Source of the DNA: Acanthaster planci | Lineage: Eukaryota | Assembly (NCBI RefSeq): GCF_001949145.1 | Contig: NW_019091356.1 | Span: forward strand, 2,946,713 to 3,010,712 | Length of the DNA: 64,000 bases | Reading direction: 5' to 3' | In this document: positions 12,001-22,229 of the stretch, piece by piece | How positions within the stretch are numbered: the first letter of the stretch is position 1 | Layout: every line of letters starts with the position of its first letter | Notes under the pieces: generated by a model | What the model was told of the DNA's origin: nothing | The model's input: only the letters and a program-made list of their open reading frames with translations | Databases searched by the model: none | Program-made: the position numbers and the translations under genes

Positions 12001-15000
12001 TTGCTGCCGCTGGTTCCAGCAGCTCTAACTGCCTGTCACAGAAGCACACAACTCTCCTGGTCAGGTTCATCCAGGGATTGGCCGCCCTTATCAGTCTTGG
12101 CCTTGGATGCTTGACACGTTGGCTCCATGAAGATGCTTATCTGGATGCCCCAGAATTCAGCTTGTTCATCCTGTTTTCCCCCGTGTCTCGTCGAGTTAGT
12201 TCATCAGAGTATATCAGTTTGTGACTTGATTTGAAACTGATGGGTCATGGACCTTCATATCTTGCAGTAGAAATTTAAACACTCATCAGATGGTCAGAAT
12301 TGTTGCCACTGATTGTTCTGTTCTCATCAGTAGTCAGCTGATCCAGTACATCACAAAGCAGTCGACCGACAGATGAACATGCAGTTTTGCACAGTGGATG
12401 GTGGGTGCTTCAAAGATGATAATGGCTTGTAGCTTGCAAAAGCAGCTCTCGACAACTGCTGTCCATTCAATTCCACGATCGCCTCAACAACTCCTTCACC
12501 TGGGGCTATTTCCCAAATACTTTCCCCACAAGAAGACTCAACATATTCCCCTGCCAGCCCCTATTTACATGATCTTCAAGGTGACTCTTTAAAAAAAGTG
12601 TTTTTCACTCTGCGTTTGGTTTCTGATCCGAACAACAACTGCCAAATAAAGTACATGATAAAAATAGGGAAGATGTCAGAAACAAGATTCCTCGTTAAGA
12701 TGTATAGGATGGCAAATCTCCAGGCTCCCTTTCTGACATTAAGTTTTGGATCCCTGTGGCTTTGTGCTTTACCTTCCTCCTCTTCACCCTCAAGATCATC
12801 TTCGATGACGTCATCTTCAACATCTCCTTCCTGATCCTCCTCCTCTTCCTGATCAAAAAAAAGGCAAGGAGAGAAGTCAGTAACAGGTTGAACATGGGTT
12901 AATGACTTTTTTCTCTTAGACAAACAACAAGAATATGGACATTTTTATGCACTTCAGCTCGAGACTTCGGCATCGGTTATCTCTTCCTGACGGATCTCAA
13001 ACACATCTTCTCATATTTGAGGTTCGACAGATGGGACAAGTATCTTGACTTGGGGAAACATCCCTAGCCCCAACCACGGTTTCTAACATCGTATCCCCTC
13101 TGGGCAAAGACGCAGCTAAGGTGGAGGGTCACACGGCGTCAAGTTGGTTTGTCTTGAGATGCAATCTTTGAATTTTGGATTTTGCCCTTTTCTGGAGCAT
13201 ACCCAAAGCTGTCTGAGGGAAATAAAAACCTAATTCAGAGGGGACTTGAACCCTGGACCTATCTCTTGTTGGAGAAGCTTTACACGGCACTCAACAAGCC
13301 CTCCAGGGTAATGGTTCAAATTTAAATAACAAGCAGCAGGCACTACAAGCAGTGACTCAATGGAATTCTTGAGCAGGATGGCTTGGTTGGCCAAGAAACT
13401 GCCTAATATCACAGAGGTCAAGGGTTAACATCTCCCTTAAGCCAATCCATTTTTGTTCAAATTAAGAATTGCAGGAGGACATCCTACTTCTGCAAGTCAT
13501 AAACAAAACCTAGTTGTCAAGTGTAACTGATGGGGGGGGGAGTCCACCTCTTGCGCAGTCAGCTCCAGGGAGATGTTCATCTCCTCATCTCCTTCTTCCG
13601 CTTCCTCTGCGTCTTCTTCTTCCATTTCTTGCTCCTCCTGGCCCACGTCCGCCACCTCCAAATCACCGTAAATGTCTTCCTCCTCCTTCAACCACAGGAA
13701 ATAGGATTCTTTTTCAGATGCAGGTTTAGTGTCAGCTGAATTTGAAAATCAACTAGTAAATGGAACAGAGACCAAGGGTAGTTTTGGGAAATTGCAACTA
13801 TGGGGCAATCTGATCTAGGTATTGCTTGTGAAAAGCTCCTTTTCCTTTGAAACCATTGAACTGTTATTTTTGTTTCTAATGCCTCAATCAAACTTTGATG
13901 GTTCTGTATAGAACCTTTTTGGAAAACAGCAATTTTTTTGTTGCAATTTCTTTGCAACCAAATAAGCAACTAACCAGATTTTCTTCGTCAGAATCCTCAA
14001 TAAGTTCCATGACAACATCTTCATCATCTTCATCTTCCACTGTGACCTCGTCATCTTCGTTGGCATCCTCCTCTTTCTGATCTTGCTCTGCAGAGGTGGT
14101 ACAATCAAGGAAAACCCAAACGTAACTATGCCTGACTTCACTGATCAACCACTGCAGGTCTTACAATCCAGTAACTGGCATTTTCTTTCAGCCTTGAGTC
14201 AACCTTAACCCCCAACAGTCCTCAATCAACCAATGGTTGGAGGATTGAGGACTATCAACGTTAAGCCACTGATAATTTTTCTCCAGGGTCTCAGGTTTTG
14301 CACCCTCCAAACGAATCAATCCTTTTCATCTTTAGCTTTGCCTGTGGTCAAACGAAGGTCATTTGGCTGCTACATGACGCAAAGACATTTGTTCCACTTG
14401 ACCACACCGTAACTGCAAAAAATGGAATTCAGCCCTGTGGCTACAAGAAAGAGAAGTCTCTCAACAGAATACACTGCATAAAATAATTCCTCAAATCTTG
14501 CAAAATAATTGCATTGAACTTGGAGGATTCAAGACCGTCGCAGTTGAGATCCAATCTACTACTTGATGCACTATAGGTAGGAAGAAAGACCTCAAGTACC
14601 ATCTGCTCTGTGCACAAGTGTCCCCTGGTTGGTGACAGACAGAGTCATGCAACATGCCTTGTGCCCGTGCTTGCTATATAACTTCTGTGTGCAATGAGCT
14701 GGGTCATACACGAATTGGAAAGCACACAGAGCAAACAGCTTCCAAGGAGTATATTGATTGGTAGTGGTACAAAAAAACTCCCACCTTCGTTTGAAGACAG
14801 CAACTACAGTTGCAGTTCATCTTCTATGGAAATTGCCAGTATACTGTGAAAATTCAAGTGGATTGCAAAAAGTAAAAAATCTGCTAACACTTACCAGTGG
14901 TTTTAGGAAGTCTTGCTGATGAAGTTGCTTCTAAGAGTATTGTGTCAGGGTCCTCACCCTTCTCCCTCAATGCCTCCAGACAATTTAAGACAAAAAAGTG

Positions 15001-16503
15001 ACTTTTTTAACAAACTTTACCAAATGTAAGCATTAAATTACACACGGATCACATAATTTGTTGTATGTTGGAATGGAATTCCACGTGGCAAGTTTTATGA
15101 AGGTACATGCAAGAAACGGCCCCTAGCACTTCCAGTAAATGGACACAGCTTTCAATAAAAGCAACTGAAGAAAACTAAAAATTCCATAACTTTAAATATA
15201 TTTTTTCGTACATACATGTTTGTGTGAAGGGCCTAACGAATGTGATTTAGTGGTAGCCAGGCTCCAGATTGAAAGGATGCCATGAATTTGGCCATATTTG
15301 CTTGGACATGAGTCATTTTATTTCATGATTGTTTTTATGAAGGTATTTCAAAGTACACCAACTTATGAATAATGAATAAAAGCCTCATGAATGTATTGGA
15401 TTTTCAAAATTGTCTGGAGGGAAATCCGGTATCACTAGTCACCATAATTTATTCACTTACTGCTTAGACCAAAATTTGTTCTTAAATATACTAGGCCTAA
15501 TTTTTTTATGAATTCATTTTCAGTTGTTGAATGTTGGACTAAAATCCTATGTATATGGAATAATATTATGAAGAACATCGGATGTCACCGAAGCAACAGG
15601 AAACAATGTTGTTTGCAAACGAGTCGGATTGGCTGTAGTAAAACTTAAGTCACCATAATTTGTGCATGTACGTTGCAAACGTCATTTTACGGGGTATCGG
15701 TAATGCCCTACTTCTACAAAATCTGCCAGTAAATCATAATTAGCATACATATGAGTTATTTATCTGGACATAATGACAAAACTTCTCTTTCTACATGTAT
15801 TTCTGAACAAAAGTCACAAAATACAGTGCCACCAAACTGTCCCTTTTTCCTTCCCACAATGTCTTTCTACCATTGCGCAAAATCACCCAAGCAGTATTTG
15901 CGATAAGGCTTGTTCCCTCTGGAAAAGCTTTTAATTCCCACATAGGCCTAGCTGCAAAAAGAAAAAGGTTGAAGTGACGATCGGTCACTAATAGTAAATT
16001 AACGCCAGTGCATAATTCCGTTGTATACGTGAATTTAGGGTAGGCCTACTCCATGATACATGTAGGCCCCCCTATGTTCATTCTCATTGCCTTACAAAAA
16101 ATGTAGTCCTAGGCCTACTTAGGCAAGCCAAGGCCCAACGTTATCTTTAGTTTCACATGATGTAGGCCCTAATTATATTCAAAGGTGTAACGTGCGTGAC
16201 CATATACTTCCCAGGTCCCAAATTTCGCCACCTATTAGGTCTGATTGGTTTTTTAGCGCAAGTGGCGAAATAAGGGATCTGGTCACACACATATTTACGT
16301 ACATTATGAGCATGCTTCACAGAAAAGCGCCCTCACAATTTTTAATGCAGACTCAGTCAGAGAAAAAAAAATCTCACCCCTTGCAGCCTTTCTAACAGGA
16401 CAGCTTTGACCCCTTTTTGGTCCAAGCCCCTCTTTTCTAGTTCTGCTTTCAGGTCTTTGACAAGAAGGTCTGATACCTTCTTTCTCACCCCTGTTTCTGC
16501 CAT
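3043..16503 (-). CDS. SAFB: Scaffold attachment factor B-like protein, paralogue A (SAP, acidic, RRM, R/E-rich, G/M/Q-rich tail), about 1190 aa, 11 coding exons
   Basis: Phase-consistent GT-AG exons: 16503-16378, 14973-14895, 14087-13975, 13685-13548, 12848-12773, 10578-10191, 7500-7460, 7177-7083, 6446-6297, 5748-5472, 5132-3043 (3573 nt). [69 protein letters not shown]...CYGFLSM...LHRSKLHGRTI. VLSLDKAREQ precedes the R/E-rich region and the protein ends RFGTMRRF. Acidic-exon boundaries are less certain than the SAP and RRM exons. Confidence 0.92.
4513..4605 (-). repeat. 12-bp coding tandem repeat encoding (QQAA)n within SAFB-A
   Basis: About 7 units of CAGCAGGCAGCC-like sequence on minus, translating as QQAAAQQAAQQAAQQAAQQAAQQAAQQAAQQA. 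Confidence 0.9.
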
Positions 16504-16644
16504 GATTTTATCACTAACTACAATCCCACTCCTTATCACGTATCTCGCGCTGGCATGTGCGTATAGTCTGGTTTCGATGTTTCCATTGTATGAATAAAGT
16601 GTATACGTACGTACTTAGGCAGGTCACCAACAACCGCTCCTTAG

Positions 16645-16664
16645 TGACGTCATACAAATGGCGG
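16645..16664 (-). promoter_or_regulatory. Putative SAFB-A proximal promoter motifs: CRE palindrome and YY1-like CCGCCATTT
   Basis: TGACGTCA at 16645-16652 and CCGCCATTTG (minus) at 16655-16664, about 140-160 nt upstream of the ATG. Confidence 0.45.
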
Positions 16665-18158
16665 GATAAAGGAGAACTTCAGTGTGCAGGGCAGCAAATA
16701 ATTTCTCATAGCATGCATAGACAGCAGTGATAAATCCCCATATTTCACAAATATTTTAAAAATACCCACAACTCTCACAGGTGTTCAGGCTGCACAGAAA
16801 ATGATGTTCCACATGTTCCCTTTCATTTTCCTTTCAATTTTTAGTGGGTTGACTTATGAATTTTTGAGAAATTCTCACCCAAAGCAGACCACCCCTGAAA
16901 TGAAGGAAATTTCACTGCCCGGGAAACTCCATTTTGAAAAAGCGTCCCTCTGCAAAATGGCTCAAATAGTGCCACTTTCGGACCTGATTGCATCCAAATT
17001 GCTCAGAATTGGAAGCACTGAGTCCGGCCTAGAGGTTCAGCGTCATATTTCTTCAATTCCCCAGTTCCATGGCTCTGAGGACCCTCTAATATAGAATATT
17101 TTGAGTCTATAACTTTAATTTATGAGCTCAGCGGACATATTTCCGGACACAGTACGTGGGTGCATCCCTTACTACTGTGCACGTGGTGGGCAATATATGT
17201 AACCTGTTTTATGACAGGACACCAGTACCACAGCCACAAATAATATGATAATAATTTACAAAGTATACAAAGTATTTATCGTGCAGCATTAGAACATTCG
17301 TTTTTAGTAAACGATACTTCAGAATAGAATTCAATATCGTCAGAACATCACAATTTTTGAGTGATGAACTAAACTTAGAAGTTTGTTCTGCTTTTTAAAC
17401 CAAGTCAAAGCAAGTTCCTCTATGAAAGCTCCCCTTGGCAGTCACCTCTTGTAAACGTGTTGGAATTTCTCTCACTGACATTCAAAAATGTGAATTCTTT
17501 AATTCTTTCTGATATATACTTCTAAATACTAAAGAAGACAAACTTAAGTTATATTGCGGCGGCAAACTGAAAGCCAAGCTTTACGACAAACCCACAGACA
17601 ACTCACCCAACGAAAACGTCGTGAACACAACTGCGCTGAAGACTGAGTTTCTTCGAAGGCATGACTCTCACCCAAACTCAGGAATGAATGCATTAGCAAC
17701 TAACTGACCAAAGATATTTAATCGATTTCATCATGTGGATTGATATAATCAAACTATTCGGCGGGAAAATCCACCGGTTATTATTATGAAGAGCATATGA
17801 GAAAAAAAGACAAAAATCAAACCCAAAACAAAACAAAACAAAACACAGTCACACAAACACAAATAACTGATCAACAAACACCCTTCAGACGAAGTAAATG
17901 AAGTGATAGAAAAACGAATACCTTGATTGGCATGCAAACAAAGACATTTATACTGACTGCTCTGCTCTGACATGCAGGAATGGTATCACTGGAACTTCGA
18001 AAAGACCATCAATTAAAGATTGAAAAAGTCTCGTTTATGATCTTCGCCTCGAAGTAAAAAAATGAGGTTGCTTAAAAGCAATCCTTATCAAAGAAAAGAT
18101 AACAAAAACATGCCGTTTTTTTCCTTGTCGCTAACACGCTCATATAACGATGTCTGCG

Positions 18159-18250
18159 AAAAATGCAGGATTGCGCGTGAGGAAACCGAGGAAAGATGGG
18201 GATCGAACCCACGACCTCAAGAACATTACTTCGCTTTTGTATTCTACCGA
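18159..18250 (-). repeat. Decayed tRNA-derived (SINE-like) element related to the 19.4/19.9 kb pair
   Basis: Minus strand reads tcggtagaat...gaggtcgtgggttcgatcccca...cacgcgcaatcctgcattttt, giving A-box-like and B-box motifs and the same CACGCGCAATCC(W)GCA+T-run tail. Confidence 0.6.
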
Positions 18251-19442
18251 TCTTTCTCTTTTAGGTCATGTGATTTTTCAGTTTCTATAAATTGATATAG
18301 GCTTACTAGCAAATATCTTCCAAAGCCCCCTTTTCGAGTTGGATTTTTAAGAAGTAACTGAACGAAAAAATATTACAAATTCTAAAATCTTTGCATGTTA
18401 TTTTTCTCATCCAAGGGCTCCGGAAGCGCGCCATCAGGGGTTAACTTTCAGGCTCTATATACGCAGACTTTATGATGTTGAACATGGCCTTGAACTGACA
18501 CAAACCCGTACATAACAGCGTATCATGTGATGAATCACCCATGCATGTGAATTTTCTGTCGGTGATAATTTCCGAATTCGAATGCTTAACTTTGCATTAT
18601 GGAGAGCACAAGGACAGGCAAAAACAATGCCTAAATTAAATTTACTCCACCAATTTCACAGCATAGATCCATGAAAGCCGAACTTTGATATTTCTATTCG
18701 GATAATGTTCTGATTATAGCAATAGTATTTCGGCTGTAAGTGGAAGTTGTGAACTGAAAAACAATGGAATAAAAGCTCAGATGGTCACCTGCGTGGATGA
18801 ACAATGATACTGTATGTTAGAAACGTCGCTGTCAAAGTAGAATTGGCAAGAGAAGGAAATCCTGCACAATACTGGTTGGTGCCCGGTTCCCAAGTAGGTC
18901 ATGCACGTACACAATAATGCTGCATAACGGTGTGCGTGGAAACCGGTTGAACACACAACCTTCATATTTGTTGGTATTATTTGTAATGGACTTGACATAT
19001 CGGTAGCCACATACGAATGTGTGGATTAGAATCTTTCGTGTTTGCTTTTCCTTTACCTCGAATGTAATAAACTTCATAATACCGCACTTTGTAGATTAAG
19101 TGGTTTCGATGTCCACAACTCAAGGGCCATCGGCGCTTTCTGGCAGACTGCTACTTCCACACTCATGCTCGTGAACATGAGCATGAGCAGTTCTTGGGCT
19201 TGCTTCAGTTAGAAACCATTCTTCCAGAAATTATAGAGCGTAAAATCTCCCTAGAAAGATTGGGGGAAGGTTCGAGCTTATACTGCGTGACCTTGAAATA
19301 AATTTGCCTTTCGTGCTCTGTCATGGGGCATTGTGCTAACGCATGACGCAACTATCCCTCGAAATGGCGTATAACGTGCAACGCATCTCTTAAATAAGGT
19401 CAACGTACACTACTGAATGCTGGCTTAGCAGTGTGGATACTT

Positions 19443-19513
19443 TGTTGAGTGGTTCATTGGTAGAACTTAAAGTTTGCGTCTTTAGAGAGTGGGTTCGATT
19501 CCCACCTTGACAC
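19443..19513 (+). tRNA. tRNA-like cloverleaf, anticodon TGC, on a tRNA-Gly-like scaffold (atypical tRNA, tRNA pseudogene or SINE head)
   Basis: TGTTGAG TG GTTC ATTGGTA GAAC T TAAAG TTTGCGT CTTTA GAGA GTGGG TTCGATT CCCAC CTTGACA C. All four stems pair (two G:U in the acceptor stem). TTTT lies about 22 nt downstream. Confidence 0.6.
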
Positions 19514-19861
19514 CATCCGCACGCGCAATCCAGCATTTTATCTAATCTTATTTCAATTCTCTTTGCTTTCGGCAGGTTCGTCTAAAGTGAGATAAACTGA
19601 AGGGAAAATGATACTTTCTTTTGTTTTCTTCTCTTTCCCGATTAATGCAGAGAGTGCTAATGCAATTTTAATCTTTTTTTCAACTTGTTTGCGACAGGAA
19701 GCACTCAATGAAGAAACAATTAAGGCCTACTGACGAAAAAGGGTTGTCACAGGAAAAGAAACAGAAAAACAAAGAAAGTGGCATTTGCCTTCGGTTTAGG
19801 CCAAAGTGCTGAAGGAAAAGGAAGTTAGAGAGAAAAAAGTGCTGGATTGCGCGTGTGGATG

Positions 19862-19932
19862 GTGTCAAGGTGGGAATCGAACCCACTCCTTAAAGAACCA
19901 AACTTTAAATTCTACCAATGAACCACTCAACA
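19862..19932 (-). tRNA. tRNA-like cloverleaf, anticodon TGG, on a tRNA-Gly-like scaffold (atypical tRNA, tRNA pseudogene or SINE head)
   Basis: TGTTGAG TG GTTC ATTGGTA GAAT T TAAAG TTTGGTT CTTTA AGGA GTGGG TTCGATT CCCAC CTTGACA C. A T6 run lies downstream. Position 37 is a pyrimidine, which is atypical. Confidence 0.55.
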
Positions 19933-20033
19933 AAGTATCCACACTGCTAAGCCAGCACCAGACGTGTAAAACTGACTCTTTGAAGAGAAGTTCGACGCTT
20001 GATGTACATGATGCAATTTCTTGAGGTATTGTG

Positions 20034-20203
20034 CAGTGGCGTAACTAGGGTAAAAATGTCCCGGGGCACCCGGGGGCGCCCACATTTTTTTTCAAGGGGA
20101 CACCAAAAGAAATTTAGCTACAGCTGTATAGCTATAAATTCAACAAAAATTTCAAGGGGGGGGGGTACGTGGCACCCGTGCCCTCTGCGTAGTTACGCTA
20201 CTG
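20034..20203. mobile_element. MITE (hAT-like ends), 170 bp
   Basis: TIR CAGTGGCGTAACTA / TAGTTACGCTACTG (13 of 14 match). No clear TSD. Confidence 0.65.
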
Positions 20204-20265
20204 TAGCTGTTGTCATTACTATGTTAATGTTCACTGACTGATAGTAGAGACCAACTTGGTGCAGT

Positions 20266-20436
20266 CACCCCGGCGGAAGCGGGGGGGGGGGAGCCCCCTT
20301 CATTGGGGCGGCCTGGCCTCCCACATTGTTGCAGGTCAAATAACTGGGTGGGACAAATGGATTGAGCTGTTAATGGCTAATGCCTGATGGTCTAACACAT
20401 GCATCCCCCCATTCGGAAAACATTCCCCCACCGGTG
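20266..20436. mobile_element. Degenerate MITE with 8-bp target-site duplication (hAT-like)
   Basis: Flanked by the direct repeat GGTGCAGT (20258-20265 and 20437-20444). Ends are CACCCCGGCGG and CCACCGGTG. Confidence 0.5.
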
Positions 20437-20509
20437 GGTGCAGTCCACAAATTCAAGCCCCACTGAAAAGCGTGATGTAAAATCAACATCCCCGAGGTTT
20501 CTGAAACCA

Positions 20510-20830
20510 AACTTAAATTGTTTGCTGGTTCCTAATCTTTCGATTTCTTTTCAGTTTTTTGTGGGTTAACTGATTACATTTTTCCCCACAAAACGACCCC
20601 CTCCCGAAAAAGTGACTTTTCTGAAGTCTGCTAGCAGCCATTTTTCGAGCGGCAATTCTCAATTTTCTCCGGCACTTAAGACTATTTTTCAACCCCTTTT
20701 TGCCATCCTGCTCTCAGATGAAAGCTCAGAGAACAAGGGAGGTGATTCTGACAAAGATTTTCTCACTATTTTGGGGATAAACAATCTCCATTTTCAAAAG
20801 GAGCTGTGGGAGCACTTTTCATGCAAATGA
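20510..20830 (+). repeat. Interspersed repeat fragment, same family as 35185-35530 in opposite orientation
   Basis: ctgctctcagatgaaagctcagagaac and gcagccatttttcgagcggcaattctcaattttctccggcacttaagactatttttcaacc match the reverse complement of about 35299-35401. Confidence 0.75.
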
Positions 20831-22129
20831 GTTGGCCAGACTGCGTAACCCGTCAGACTGGTCTTGCATGTCCGTACTTTATAACAACAATTTCCTTAGT
20901 TAAAAAACTTTTTTGAGACTTTAATCCTCGAATTGCTTCAGTCATTTGTGAATACAAATGTAAAACAGTTAAAATCTGCTAAATCTTCGCAATAAATATG
21001 GCGTTCAAAGTTAACATTTAATCCGTGTATACAGCTTTTAAGAATAGAGATATTTTTATTCGGGATTAAATGTTAACTTTGCACGCCATAAATAGTGGCT
21101 TTCTCGTCATGTCTCGTCGATGGTGCCATGATTTCTTTTGTTGCCTATTACGAAGGCATGGACCTGTACCTCTGCATGTTGCTTTCAAAAGTCTGTGGAA
21201 ATCTGTTTTGAAAACGACAGAAAGAGGACGTCAAAATGCATCACGTTCAATTTGATAGATGAGAGCCCACAGCCTGTGGAAAATGCCGGATGGCGCCAGT
21301 GCCCGCTTGTGAGGATTAAACCCACTTTTCTACAAGTTAGCGAACACTATGATAACTAAGTATCATTAAACGAAGTAACCTCTTGGGTTAAAACCGGCAC
21401 GGTCAAGTAGAGGATTTTGGCATTATATAAAGTGCATTTAGAACCTCACAATTACATAACATTTTGATCTTTCATTTCCACAATTGTTGCAATCTATGCC
21501 AACTTAAGGAATACAGGCCATTTCTATCATTGTGTAGAGCGCGTATGTCAGCAACCTCATCGGTTGTTAGACGTCAATTCAAGTCGTTATTTTCTTTTCA
21601 AGTTGAATATCGTCACTGGATTTTCGCCAAAATCCACGCTAGGTTAGAGAATAGCTGACAGATCATATCAGGTTCAGGTAGTCTTCAGAAATCATTTCTA
21701 GCAGAGCCTCATTTGGTACTTTTTCCAAGTTGTATAGTTTTTGTAGCAGCATGGAAAAGACACAGTGACTCGAGCATCGAGACGTAAGCTAGCGCGCCAA
21801 AGTGTTTTGTCACGTATCACGTGGGCTCCATAATTTCGCAGCGTGGTGCGAAAATGCACTATTTTTTTACGCAATCGCAGGGATGCCAGACGCATCATAT
21901 GAGAGTTCAAAATGAGAACGCGTTGGGGATTTCTTTTTGAAAATTACATTGAATTGATTGAGTTTTAAATTTATACAAGGGTCTGTTTGGGCATTCGGGG
22001 AAAATTTGACTGTGAAACACGTAGTGGTGACGTAAAAATTAAAGCGCACTTTTGTTAGCTGGTTTCATGCCCTTTGCGCAACCATGCATGGTGGTTGGTG
22101 ATGATGTAAACCAGTGAAGAATCAGGCAC

Positions 22130-22185
22130 GCGCACGCGCATTTAGCATAATCTGACAGGAATCACGCGTCACACACGCCATTTTT
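22130..22185 (+). promoter_or_regulatory. Putative SAFB-B proximal promoter motifs: NRF1-like GCGCACGCGCA and YY1-like CGCCATTTT
   Basis: Motifs at 22130-22140 and 22176-22184 in a CpG-rich patch 45-100 nt upstream of the ATG. Confidence 0.45.
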
Positions 22186-22229
22186 TTAAGTTGGTGTTTG
22201 GCCTGCTTCTGGTGCTTTTTTCCAGCATC

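Larger units (their letters stand above)
19418..19957. repeat. Inverted repeat with arms about 19418-19539 and 19836-19957; weaker symmetry extends about 100 bp further inward
   Basis: tgctggcttagcagtgtggatactttgttgagtgg...gcgcaatccagca is reproduced as its reverse complement with few mismatches. Confidence 0.92.
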
